62,293 nucleotides of DNA, taken from the NCBI GenBank assembly GCA_934096605.1, contig CAKOMI010000003.1:1-62293 (forward strand), in the 5' to 3' direction. Below, in pieces: positions 44,009 through 53,570 of the stretch. The position numbers and the translations under genes are program-made. Position 1 is the stretch's first letter; the number at the start of each line of letters is the position of its first letter. Source of the DNA: an uncultured Bacilli bacterium (lineage in GTDB: Bacteria > Bacillota_I > Bacilli_A > RF39 > UBA660). The notes below the pieces were generated by a model. The model did not search any database. It was not told the origin of the DNA and worked only from the letters and a program-made list of their open reading frames with translations.

Positions 44009-44178
44009 ACCAAAGATAAGTTAGTTTTCATAAAACCGACTATGGTGATGATTGGGAGTTAGAACCCTATATGGTGTGAATGCTAATCCATTAAGTGAAT
44101 TAGAATCCTAAAGTATAGATGAGACACCCACCTGCGAGTGAGCGGGCTTTTATCACACTAATTTACTTTGGTTTTTTT
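44009..44178 (+). ncRNA. candidate structured RNA, possibly 6S RNA
   Basis: 15-bp closing helix with one bulged A: ACCAAAGaTAAGTTAG (44009-44024) pairs with CTAATTTACTTTGGT (44158-44172), then a U-run; second helix ATAAAA/TTTTAT; GC-richer interior; lies beside tcdA/rarA. Confidence 0.4.
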
Positions 44179-44194
44179 GTTTGTAGGTGATTTT

Positions 44195-44872
44195 ATGTAT
44201 GATAGAATTATTAAATTATTAGGTGAAGAAAATATCAAAATTTTTAATAATGCCAAAATTCTTTTAATAGGTTTAGGTGGAGTAGGAGGTTATGTCTTTG
44301 AATCATTAATAAGAACCGGCTTTAAAGACATAACTATCGTTGATAAAGACATTTTTGATATAACTAATTTAAACCGTCAAATACTAGCCACTAAAGCCAC
44401 ATTAGGAAAAGAAAAAGTCGCCGCAGCATATTCAAGAGCCCAGGAAATAGATGATACTATAAGTATTAAAACTATCAAAAAATATTTACAAAAAGAAGAT
44501 ATTACGCCCTCATTTCTAAGTGGTTTTGACTATGTTATTGATGCTTGTGATGATGTGGCAGTAAAAGTTACTTTAATGACTGTATGTGCTCATAATAATA
44601 TAAAACTAATATCTTCCATGGGGACAGCCAATAGGACGCATCCGGAGCTTCTCACCTTAACTAAACTAAAGGACACTAAAAATGATCCATTAGCCAAAAA
44701 AATAAGACATTTACTAAAAGATGATAAGTGTGCTTTAAAAACACCAGTCTTATGTAGTATAGAACTGCCTAAAAAAAGTAAATATCTTGGTACTATTTGT
44801 GCTGTTCCTATGGCAGCTGGTAGTATTATCTCTGCTTATGTAATTAATGACATAAAAAAAGAAGGGTATTAG
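44195..44872 (+). CDS. tcdA: ThiF/TcdA family tRNA threonylcarbamoyladenosine dehydratase
   Basis: LLIGLGGVGGY Rossmann motif, DKDIFDITNLNRQ, VIDACDDV..K; start set at ATG 44195. Confidence 0.75.
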   Translation: MYDRIIKLLGEENIKIFNNAKILLIGLGGVGGYVFESLIRTGFKDITIVDKDIFDITNLNRQILATKATLGKEKVAAAYSRAQEIDDTISIKTIKKYLQKEDITPSFLSGFDYVIDACDDVAVKVTLMTVCAHNNIKLISSMGTANRTHPELLTLTKLKDTKNDPLAKKIRHLLKDDKCALKTPVLCSIELPKKSKYLGTICAVPMAAGSIISAYVINDIKKEGY

Positions 44873-45840
44873 TCCTTCTTGAAACAGGTATTATATAAAA
44901 TATCTGTTTTTTCATTTTTATAAAGTATACCATGTATAGCCTCTAAAATAGGATATTTCTTTAATTTATTATTTAAAAAACTAACAACATTATCAATATT
45001 TTCATATCCTTCTACTGTATTTTTTTTCATATATATATTTCCTTCATTACTACTAATAGCTCTTTTAGTTCCATATATAAAGTTTCTTGATTTATGCATT
45101 GTATTTGTTAGGAAAAAGTCACCACCAACACCAGCATAAAATTCTATATCTTCAAAATCAAAATTATAATATAAAATTCTTGCCATTTCTTTATATGCTA
45201 GGGCACTATAAGATAAAAGAGTAGAGTCACTAGGGTATTTTTGATAAATCATTCCAGCTCCTATGGCATAGATATTTTTAATTGTACTTGCAAGTTCTAT
45301 TATTTCTAATTCCTTTAGTCTTTCTAGTTTTATATAATCAGGCATAAGACTTTTTATTAATTCAAAACTTTTCTTTTTCTTTGTCCCAACAGATATTAAA
45401 ACTGGCATATTATTAAGTAAATCAATAGCTTTATTAGGACCAGCTATATAACTAATATTTTTAGTTTTTAAAGCCTTTTTAGCATAACCAGATAAGAAGT
45501 ACGGTGATATATCTAAAAGCCCTTTAGTGCCTATAAAAATAGGTATAGAACGGATATTTTCATATTGTAGTTCATTTAATATATCAATAAAGTATTTACT
45601 ACTAACTAATATAAAAATCGCATCACTCTTATCTACGGCATCACTTAAAGAACTTGTCAAAGTAATATTCTCTGGAATTTCCATTGTATAATCATCAAAA
45701 CTAACTTTTTTACTATTAGTTATATTTTTAACAAATTCCTCATCATGACTCCAAATTTTAATTTTATTATTTTTATTTTCTTTTAATAAATTAGCAATTG
45801 CAAAACTAAATATGCCACTGCCAATACAAGTTATATTCAT
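44869..45840 (-). CDS. NAD(P)H-dependent glycerol-3-phosphate dehydrogenase-like protein (divergent)
   Basis: N-terminal Rossmann ITCIGSGIFSFAIANLL, GTKGL, length ~GpsA; the canonical GSWGTA is not conserved. Confidence 0.45.
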   Translation of the reverse strand: MNITCIGSGIFSFAIANLLKENKNNKIKIWSHDEEFVKNITNSKKVSFDDYTMEIPENITLTSSLSDAVDKSDAIFILVSSKYFIDILNELQYENIRSIPIFIGTKGLLDISPYFLSGYAKKALKTKNISYIAGPNKAIDLLNNMPVLISVGTKKKKSFELIKSLMPDYIKLERLKELEIIELASTIKNIYAIGAGMIYQKYPSDSTLLSYSALAYKEMARILYYNFDFEDIEFYAGVGGDFFLTNTMHKSRNFIYGTKRAISSNEGNIYMKKNTVEGYENIDNVVSFLNNKLKKYPILEAIHGILYKNEKTDILYNTCFKKD

Positions 45841-47036
45841 CTTTCACTCCTCATTTCTTTCCATAACTTATTAAGATTATTTTCATATTTGTTATCTTTA
45901 GCTACATAATATTTCTTACCCCTTAATTTTTCTGGTAGATACTCTTGTTTAACATAAGCATTTTTATAATTGTGGGGATATAAATAATTTGGTGAACTGG
46001 TTTTTATATGATTAGGCACAGGTCCGACATTCCCCATATTAACATCATTTAAAGCATTATCTAAGGCTACATGGGCTGAGTTTGATTTAGGTGATAAAGC
46101 CATTTCAGTAACAATCGTACCAAGGGGTATTCTTGCTTCAGGTAATCCTACTAATTCAGCAGCCGAAATTGCAGCCATTACTTTAGGCCCAATTGAAGGG
46201 TTAGCAAGACCAATGTCTTCATACGCAATAACACTCATCCGTCTATAAATACTATCTAAATCGCCAGCCATAATAAGGCGAGCCAAATAATGTAATGAGG
46301 CATCAACATCACTTCCTCTAATAGACTTTTGAAAGGCTGATAATACGTCATAATGGCCATCTTCATTTTTATCATGAAAAAACACAGGCTTAGCATTAAT
46401 GCTCTTTACTAAGTCAGGTGTAATAACAAAGTCTTTAGAAGCATAATATGTTGTTTCTAATAAATTTAAAGCACTTCGAAAATCACCAGAGGCACAAAAA
46501 GCAATATATTCTAAAGCCTCATCACTAGCCTTTATACCCTCTAAATGAGTACAGGCCCTTTTAAGACCAATAACAATTTCTTCTTCTGTTAAATCGTGTA
46601 ATTCAAATATTTGTACGCGACTTCTAATTGCGGGATTAATCTTGTGATAAGGATTACTCGTAGTAAGACCAATAAGCGTTATTAAACCTGATTCAATATG
46701 AGGCAACAACAAATCTTGTTTATCCTTATTCATTCTATGAATCTCATCAATAATTAAAACCATATCATCATACATTTTAGCTGTTTCAATGGCAATATCA
46801 AAATCTTGTTTATTGTTAATTGTCGCATTTAAAAACTTATAATGGCACTTTAGTTCGCTTACAATCGCATGAGCTATAGACGTTTTACCAATACCAGGTC
46901 GTCCATATAAAATCATTGAAACTAAATGTTTATGTTCTACTAAATTAGTAAGAATTTTGCCTTCACCAACCAAGTGCTTTTGACCGATAACATCGTCTAA
47001 CTTAGTTGGTCGCATTTTATTTGCTAAATTCTCCAT
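45837..47036 (-). CDS. rarA: replication-associated recombination protein A (RarA/MgsA AAA+ ATPase)
   Basis: MRPTKLDDVIGQKHL, Walker A GRPGIGKTS, LIIDEIHR, GDFRSALNLLE, HYDVLSAFQKSIRGSD; start at ATG after AGGTGG. Confidence 0.9.
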   Translation of the reverse strand: MENLANKMRPTKLDDVIGQKHLVGEGKILTNLVEHKHLVSMILYGRPGIGKTSIAHAIVSELKCHYKFLNATINNKQDFDIAIETAKMYDDMVLIIDEIHRMNKDKQDLLLPHIESGLITLIGLTTSNPYHKINPAIRSRVQIFELHDLTEEEIVIGLKRACTHLEGIKASDEALEYIAFCASGDFRSALNLLETTYYASKDFVITPDLVKSINAKPVFFHDKNEDGHYDVLSAFQKSIRGSDVDASLHYLARLIMAGDLDSIYRRMSVIAYEDIGLANPSIGPKVMAAISAAELVGLPEARIPLGTIVTEMALSPKSNSAHVALDNALNDVNMGNVGPVPNHIKTSSPNYLYPHNYKNAYVKQEYLPEKLRGKKYYVAKDNKYENNLNKLWKEMRSER

Positions 47037-47123
47037 AATACCACCTATACACCATTTTATCAAATCATTTACTATTTGACAACCAAAGCCCTTTCTTTTA
47101 TACTTGTTTTAGAAGGTGATAGT

Positions 47124-48032
47124 GTGAATAAAGAACTACCTTATGGCATGCAAAAATTTCTTGATACATTAAAATACGTTAATAAATTAAGTAAGAATAC
47201 CCTTGTATCTTATGAAGAAAATCTAAACATTTTTACAGAGTATTTAAATAATAAAGACCCATATTCTTTAAGTAGACAAGATATTGAAAATTTTTTTATC
47301 AAAGAACGTGACAAAACTGATACTACAAGAGCTCATTACCTAACAGTTATCAATCGTTTTTATATTTTTTCAGTTGAAGAAGGTCTTACAGCTTATAATC
47401 CTTGTGAAGGAATACCATTACCTAAAATAACTAAAGATTTACCCAAATATTTAACTTATGAAGAAGTAAACAAAATTCTAGATATTCCTCTTAATACACC
47501 GTATGATTATCGTACCAAAGCTATGTTAGAACTTTTATATGCTACTGGTATGCGAATAAGTGAATTATTAAGTCTTAGGTTTACTAATATTTCTTTAAGT
47601 GAAAACTTAGTAAGAGTAGAAGGAAAGGGTAGCAAAGAAAGAATTATTCCTTTTAATGAAACTAGTAAAAAATATTTAAAATTATATATTGAAGAGTATC
47701 GGGGGTACTTAATTAAAAAGGGAAAGAACTACGAAGAATTATTTTTAAATAACCGGGGTACACCTATTACAAGACAAGGGTTCTTTAAGATTCTTAAAAC
47801 TATTTGTCTTCATGCAGGCATAAAAAAAGATGTTAGTCCTCATACTTTAAGGCATTCTTTTGCTACACATCTTTTATCTAATGGAGCTGACTTACGGGTT
47901 ATTCAAGAACTTTTAGGCCATAGTGATATAACAACTACCCAAATATATACGCATGTTACTAAAGAACATGAAAAAGAAGAATACTTAAAAAGTCACCCTA
48001 GATCACAATTGAATCCTAAAGAAAAAGAATGA
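47124..48032 (+). CDS. xerD: XerD-type tyrosine recombinase
   Basis: ATGMRISELLSL, GKGSKERIIP, HTLRHSFATHLL, LLGHSDITTTQIYTHV (R-H-R-Y set); GTG start after GAAGGTGA. Confidence 0.8.
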   Translation: MNKELPYGMQKFLDTLKYVNKLSKNTLVSYEENLNIFTEYLNNKDPYSLSRQDIENFFIKERDKTDTTRAHYLTVINRFYIFSVEEGLTAYNPCEGIPLPKITKDLPKYLTYEEVNKILDIPLNTPYDYRTKAMLELLYATGMRISELLSLRFTNISLSENLVRVEGKGSKERIIPFNETSKKYLKLYIEEYRGYLIKKGKNYEELFLNNRGTPITRQGFFKILKTICLHAGIKKDVSPHTLRHSFATHLLSNGADLRVIQELLGHSDITTTQIYTHVTKEHEKEEYLKSHPRSQLNPKEKE

Positions 48033-48054
48033 CTTTTCATCGTCATTCCTTTAA

Positions 48055-48156
48055 CTAATCGCAATTTTTGTTATTTTGTTCTTCTTTTCTAGCATTTTGT
48101 CTTTTTTGACTGTTTTGTCTAGAATTTTTAGAACGATTTTCTTTTTGTTTTTTCAT
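48055..48156 (-). CDS. 33-aa highly basic small protein (below the ORF-track cutoff)
   Basis: MKKQKENRSKNSRQNSQKRQNARKEEQNNKNCD preceded by a strong RBS GGGAGGTAAAAGA. Confidence 0.4.
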   Translation of the reverse strand: MKKQKENRSKNSRQNSQKRQNARKEEQNNKNCD

Positions 48157-48267
48157 TCTTTTACCTCCCATTAATATTATGGAACATTTCTTTTTTATCA
48201 TACTAAAATTTCTTGCCAATGTTTGGTATTTTAGATAAAATAAAATTATTAGAAAGGGTGTAAGTTT

Positions 48268-49287
48268 ATGTATATTGATAAAACTAAATATTATCTTATT
48301 GTAAGTGTTAAGGGTTTACCTAGGATTGTGTCATTTAATAGGGATAACGAAAAAATAAATGAGTTTACAGATATTTCTGAATTAGATCTTATTACTATGC
48401 ATTACACTAAAGAAGAATTATTAAAATATGCAAATGTAAAAGAAAGTGACTATAAAAATACTAAAGTATTTGTTCTGCGTATGAAAGGTTATAAATACCC
48501 AAAATATTATGATTGTATTTATAAAACTGATACGAATATTTTAAAACCATTAGCAGAAGAAAGATTAAATAGAATAAATTTTAATATAACAAGAGAAAAT
48601 GGTGTTAAAAGAAAAAGTATTAATGTTAATCAAGTAAAAGATTTTGATAAAATAACGGATTCTATTTTGTCTCCAATTTGTAGAAAGCACGATGTATTAA
48701 AAAAAGCTATTTTACTTTATCAGAATAAACGGATAAAAGACCCATTGTTAAGTGATCATTTGATTGAATTATTTATTTCTTATAATGAGAATTATCTTTT
48801 AGAAAAATATTATGGTACTACCGGGTTGTTTAAAGAGTTTACTAAAGAATTAAAGTCATATAAAAAATTAAGAGGTGTTTATTTAGAAGGACTATATCTT
48901 ACAAAAAAGCAAGAGAGATTTGATAACTATGGCCTTAATGATTTATCTTATCCTAGTTTAATATTTGGTTATAATGATACCTTTTTAATCACACCATATA
49001 ATGCTTTAAAAGACGAGAATAACACCCACTTTGATGATAACATTTTAAAAACCCCTAGTGTATTAAATGAGTTAGAGCGTGTAAAAATTATTGATAATAT
49101 TATGCGTGATGATTTCCAAAACAAGAAAATGGGCGTTCTCTTTAGAGAAGGGGGAATAAACCTCATCCTAGAAAATATGGACGCAAATGATATATATAGT
49201 AGTTCCAAAGAAGATTTATTAAGAGCAGGTATCATTGATGAAAAAACGTATTTTGCCATGCAAGATAAAAAGCCAAGACGTCTATAA
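48268..49287 (+). CDS. hypothetical protein
   Basis: 339 aa, RBS AAAGGGTG; no recognisable motif. Confidence 0.55.
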   Translation: MYIDKTKYYLIVSVKGLPRIVSFNRDNEKINEFTDISELDLITMHYTKEELLKYANVKESDYKNTKVFVLRMKGYKYPKYYDCIYKTDTNILKPLAEERLNRINFNITRENGVKRKSINVNQVKDFDKITDSILSPICRKHDVLKKAILLYQNKRIKDPLLSDHLIELFISYNENYLLEKYYGTTGLFKEFTKELKSYKKLRGVYLEGLYLTKKQERFDNYGLNDLSYPSLIFGYNDTFLITPYNALKDENNTHFDDNILKTPSVLNELERVKIIDNIMRDDFQNKKMGVLFREGGINLILENMDANDIYSSSKEDLLRAGIIDEKTYFAMQDKKPRRL

Positions 49288-49323
49288 ATAAAACTTAAGA
49301 CATATAATTAGATAGGTGATTAT

Positions 49324-50079
49324 ATGTCCTTTTTTATTCCTTTCTTCATATCTTTCTTGGCTGGTATTTCAACTATATTTGGTGTAATTCCCATTTTCTT
49401 CAAATGGCAAAGAGAGAATATCAATAAATTTATTACGTTTTCTCTTAGTTTTTCCTTAACTATCATGATTGCTATTTCCATAACTGAGCTAATACCGGAA
49501 GCATCATATGCTATTCTAACTAATTATAAATTATTTAAAGGCATTTTATTTTCTTTAATATTCTTTATAATGGGTATACTAGCGGTTTATTTTATTAATA
49601 AAAAAATAGAGAAGGGTAGTAGTAACGATTTCGATTTGTACCGAGTTGGTGTTTTATCTATGCTCGCTCTTATGCTTCATAATTTTCCGGAAGGTATAGT
49701 TACATTTTTAAGTAGTTATCAAAATATCGAACTGGGCCTTAAAATTAGTCTTGCTATCATGCTTCATAATATACCAGAAGGAATAAGTATAGCCGTGCCA
49801 ATTTATTATGCCACAGGTGACAAGAAAAAAAGTATTAAAGCAACGTTGTTATCGGGTCTTGCTGAACCCTTAGGGGCAGTAGTAGCCTTTATATTTTTAC
49901 GAAAATTTATAACTGATGTCATGATAAGTTTTATATTAATATTTGTTGCCGGTATAATGATAACTTTAGCGATTCATGAATTATTGCCAAAAGCCTTGAA
50001 ATATCATCAAAATAATTATATTTTATTAGGAGCATTTGTTGGTGTTATGTTAACCATTATTAATCATTGCTTTTTATAA
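49324..50079 (+). CDS. zupT: ZIP family zinc transporter ZupT
   Basis: Polytopic with HNFPEG and HNIPEG motifs. Confidence 0.85.
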   Translation: MSFFIPFFISFLAGISTIFGVIPIFFKWQRENINKFITFSLSFSLTIMIAISITELIPEASYAILTNYKLFKGILFSLIFFIMGILAVYFINKKIEKGSSNDFDLYRVGVLSMLALMLHNFPEGIVTFLSSYQNIELGLKISLAIMLHNIPEGISIAVPIYYATGDKKKSIKATLLSGLAEPLGAVVAFIFLRKFITDVMISFILIFVAGIMITLAIHELLPKALKYHQNNYILLGAFVGVMLTIINHCFL

Positions 50080-50271
50080 TAACAAAAGCATAAATTAATT
50101 ATATAGTATTACAAATAATTGAAATAATGGTGAAGTAATTAATTAGTACATATGCTATATCTTAAGTCTGATATTCATCGTGGTTTACATAATATCTATT
50201 ATGTGACATTTAAATTTATTGAAAATAGAGCAAAAATATTATAGTTTATATATTAATTATTTAAATAAAAT

Positions 50272-50505
50272 GCATAATTATTCATCTATTATATATTCGA
50301 TGCAAAATATTAAAAGTTACTTATTCCAATATACATTTTAATTACTCATAATTGATTTATCTTGCATCAATTATTTAAAAAATCTATTTTAACATTATGG
50401 ATTATCAATTCAGCTTATATTTTGACGCAAATCATAAAAACAATTTAATTACTTTGTTGTTTTCATATGGATAATTATTCATTATTAAATATTTCGATGC
50501 AAATT
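50272..50505 (+). repeat. three imperfect ~35-nt direct repeats in a 565-bp non-coding gap
   Basis: gcataattattcatctattatatattcgatgcaaaat (50272), ggattatcaattcagcttatattttgacgcaaatc (50399), ggataattattcattattaaatatttcgatgcaaatt (50469). Confidence 0.6.
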
Positions 50506-50552
50506 AGAGAGTGCCATAAAATTATATATATCGTTATAAGCATGTATTTTTT

Positions 50553-50595
50553 ATATTAAAACTCCCCTACTAAAAATGTTAATTTAATAGGGGAG
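50553..50595 (-). terminator. rho-independent terminator of the XRE/HExxH operon
   Basis: CTCCCCTA/TAGGGGAG stem; a T-run follows on the minus strand. Confidence 0.6.
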
Positions 50596-50644
50596 TCATC
50601 AGTTAAAATTTATAATTTATCATTCAATTGAATAAAATAAGGAA

Positions 50645-51496
50645 CTAGATGTTTTTATGATAATTAATATTTCTAACAATATAATCAGATTCCATGTATT
50701 TTGCAGTCAAATATACTTGTATAGATCTAACTACATATTCATTAATAAAATTTATCTTGTCATAGTAACATTCTTGCAAACCATGCTTTTTGGCATCTGC
50801 TAAAAGTTTATCTAAATTTATTTTTTCAAAATACTCTACCCCTAGTTTATTGACATATGGATGAGAATATTCATGAAAACATATTGTTACAACTTTATCA
50901 GAAATTTCTTTTTCAGCATTAATTGATATGCAACTTAAAATTGTGTTTTCATTTATATAGCCAAAACTACCATTAACAAAATTGAATATTTTGATACCAA
51001 ACTCCCCTACACTATAGCCAAAGAAATCTGTCATAATATTTGAATTAAAATTAACATATGAGTTTAAGGCTTCAACAAATTTATTACATAATGTAGCAAA
51101 GTAATTTGTGTTAGCACTGTAAAATTTTTCATAATTTGCTTTAGTCGTAAAATCTTTTAGTAAAAAACTTATCTTTTTTTGATCAAAACATTTATTATTT
51201 ATTTTTATTTGTTCTATATATTGATTATCTTGTATATTATATTCATAATCCATGGCAAGGGCAATTTGCAAAGTTCTTTCATAATAATCAAATCCACCAT
51301 TTTTTATGTATTCTTTTAACTCTAATGAAGCATATTTTTTATACATATTATAAAAGTTTTGATAATAATCATTATTGCAACTTTTGAAAAAGAAATATTT
51401 ACCATAATTTTCAGGAATTATACCTTCTATATAAGCACAATAAAGAATACCAAAAACTAATTCAATTCTTTTATCAAAATCTGGCTTAATATTCAT
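50645..51496 (-). CDS. hypothetical HExxH protein (putative metallopeptidase)
   Basis: CFHEYSHPYVN motif; ATG 2 nt after the stop of the upstream HTH gene. Confidence 0.5.
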   Translation of the reverse strand: MNIKPDFDKRIELVFGILYCAYIEGIIPENYGKYFFFKSCNNDYYQNFYNMYKKYASLELKEYIKNGGFDYYERTLQIALAMDYEYNIQDNQYIEQIKINNKCFDQKKISFLLKDFTTKANYEKFYSANTNYFATLCNKFVEALNSYVNFNSNIMTDFFGYSVGEFGIKIFNFVNGSFGYINENTILSCISINAEKEISDKVVTICFHEYSHPYVNKLGVEYFEKINLDKLLADAKKHGLQECYYDKINFINEYVVRSIQVYLTAKYMESDYIVRNINYHKNI

Positions 51497-51497
51497 A

Positions 51498-52283
51498 TTA
51501 TTCTTCACTCATCATTGAACCACGTGATTCAATCTCGGCAATTTTTTCAATAACTTCTTCAGCATTACTTGTATTAAGTTCTGTATAGCCAAGTTCTTTT
51601 AAGGCTTGATCCTTAATAGAGAACAATTGTTGAGTTCTTCCTAATTTTTCTTCCTTTTTTTGTTCAATTTCTTGAGCGAATCTTCGATGTGATTCTGCAA
51701 GTTTACTACGTGAGGCTCCCCCATTATTATATAAAGTTAAAGCTGAGTATAAAATGCTTTCAAAAATAAATTGTCTATCTTCATTAAATTTAAAATCATC
51801 TGGATTAGTAAAGCCTGTTATTTTTGACATATAGCCAAATATATATTTGATTTCAGGTACACTATTCATTGATTGTAACATATGATAAAGATACAAAAAA
51901 GCATAATAATTTTCTTCTTTTTTTCTATCATCACTTAGCTTTTCTTTCATTAAATTAAACATATCAGATAATAAATTTTGAGCATCTTTATTTAAGTTTT
52001 TAATATCTAAATAAGCATCTTCACTAGCATTACTTTTAATACTTTGATTAAGTCTATTTTCAACATTCATTAAGTAATCAGTTGTAATATCTACATTTTC
52101 AATATCTTTGCTATCTTGAATATCTAATAATTTAAATAAAAGAATTTTCTTTTCTTTTGGCCATTTGTTAATATCGTCAAGTTCAAGATAATTGTAAACC
52201 ATTTGTCTTGATACGCCTAAGTATTTTGCTAGTCTTACCTTTGATATACCAAGTTCTTGTAATAGTTCATTTAATTTATTCAT
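51498..52283 (-). CDS. XRE-family HTH protein with ~190-aa C-terminal domain
   Basis: LNELLQELGISKVRLAKYLGVSRQMVYNY HTH; start at the fourth codon (ATG 8 nt after AGGAA). Confidence 0.65.
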   Translation of the reverse strand: MNKLNELLQELGISKVRLAKYLGVSRQMVYNYLELDDINKWPKEKKILLFKLLDIQDSKDIENVDITTDYLMNVENRLNQSIKSNASEDAYLDIKNLNKDAQNLLSDMFNLMKEKLSDDRKKEENYYAFLYLYHMLQSMNSVPEIKYIFGYMSKITGFTNPDDFKFNEDRQFIFESILYSALTLYNNGGASRSKLAESHRRFAQEIEQKKEEKLGRTQQLFSIKDQALKELGYTELNTSNAEEVIEKIAEIESRGSMMSEE

Positions 52284-52317
52284 TATCATCATTCCTATCT
52301 CTTTTATTTACATTTTA

Positions 52318-52347
52318 ATTATAAGGCACTAGACATTTTAGTGTCAA
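52318..52347 (-). promoter_or_regulatory. consensus sigma-A promoter with an embedded dyad (operator candidate)
   Basis: Minus strand: TTGACA, 18 nt, TATAAT; the spacer contains CACTAaaatgtcTAGTG. Confidence 0.6.
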
Positions 52348-52400
52348 GTAAAAGTAAACAAAAAGTTAAAAAAATAAGAAGAAAAATTTAAGTTTTCTCC

Positions 52401-53510
52401 TTATAAATACCAAAGTTTCTTATTATCTTTAAAGACCTCATTTATAACGCCACTACCAAGACATTCTTCACCATCATAGAAAACGCAAAACTGGCCTGGT
52501 GTAACGCTTTTAACGCCTTCATTATAACGAACAATTAAATTACCATTGTCTAAGTATTCTACTAAAATAGGATAGTCATCTCCCCTATAGCGGAACTTAG
52601 CCGTGCATTTAATTGGTCTTTTATCACTAATCCAATTAATATTCTCTAAAGAACACGCATCACTAATTAAATACTTGCTATCTTCACCAAAAGCAACATA
52701 TAAAATATTTTGTTCAACATTTTTACCACATACATAATGTCTTTCTTGATAGCCATTTATACCAACGTTTCTTCTTTGACCAATTGTGTAATTCATTAAA
52801 CCATTATGTTGGCCAATAATTTCTTTTGTTTCAACATTTACAATATTACCTGGATTCGGTTTTAAATAATTTTGCACAAACTCTTGAAAATGTCTTTCAC
52901 CAATAAAACAAATACCTGTTGAATCTTTTTTGCTAGCTACATTTAAGTTTTCTCTTTTAGCTATTTCTCTTACTTCAGTTTTAGTTAAATTTCCAACTGG
53001 AAATAAAACATTTTTTAATTGCTCAGGTGATAACTGGGCTAGGAAATAGGTTTGATCTTTATTAGTGTCAACACCTCTTAGAAGCTTACCATCAACAAGT
53101 CTTGCATAATGGCCAGTTGCCATGTAAGTTGCCCCAAGTTTCATGGCTTCTTTTTTAAAAACATCAAATTTTATATATTTATTACAAAGTAAATCTGGAT
53201 TAGGTGTTCTTCCTTTTTTAAGTTCCTCTAAAAAATAGGTAAAAACATTATCCCAATATTCCTTAATAAAATCTACACGGTGTAATGGAATACCAAGTAT
53301 TTCACATGTTTTTTTAGCATCGTTGTAATCAGTCTCTTGGGGGCATATATATTCGTTTAAAGTTGGATTTCCTAAGATGTCATTATTTACAAGGGCGTCC
53401 CAGTTACGCATAAAAAGACCTTCCACTTCATATCCTTCTTTTTTTAATAAATAAGCGCTGACAGCTGAATCAACTCCCCCACTCATACCTACAATTACTT
53501 TTTTTGTCAT
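52401..53510 (-). CDS. mnmA: tRNA 2-thiouridine(34) synthase MnmA
   Basis: VIVGMSGGVDSAVSAYLL PP-loop, GLFMRNWD, ATGHYAR, DQTYFL. Confidence 0.92.
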   Translation of the reverse strand: MTKKVIVGMSGGVDSAVSAYLLKKEGYEVEGLFMRNWDALVNNDILGNPTLNEYICPQETDYNDAKKTCEILGIPLHRVDFIKEYWDNVFTYFLEELKKGRTPNPDLLCNKYIKFDVFKKEAMKLGATYMATGHYARLVDGKLLRGVDTNKDQTYFLAQLSPEQLKNVLFPVGNLTKTEVREIAKRENLNVASKKDSTGICFIGERHFQEFVQNYLKPNPGNIVNVETKEIIGQHNGLMNYTIGQRRNVGINGYQERHYVCGKNVEQNILYVAFGEDSKYLISDACSLENINWISDKRPIKCTAKFRYRGDDYPILVEYLDNGNLIVRYNEGVKSVTPGQFCVFYDGEECLGSGVINEVFKDNKKLWYL

Positions 53511-53570
53511 AAACATTCCTTCTTTACATGTTTATTTTAACAAAAATATAAACATAAATCCATATTTAAT

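Noticed and set aside
44009-44178. T-box, SRP RNA or a metabolite riboswitch as the identity of the structured region upstream of tcdA
   Set aside because: There is no T-box sequence or specifier layout, no SRP domain IV GGAA/AGCA motifs, and no match to riboswitch cores I can recall. A 6S-like or novel RNA remains the best guess.
47124-48032. XerD-like recombinase as the enzyme that assembles the comEC-holA array
   Set aside because: It lies 14 kb away in a housekeeping context (next to rarA, typical chromosomal xerD) and has no repeats or att-like copies near it. A trans role cannot be excluded.
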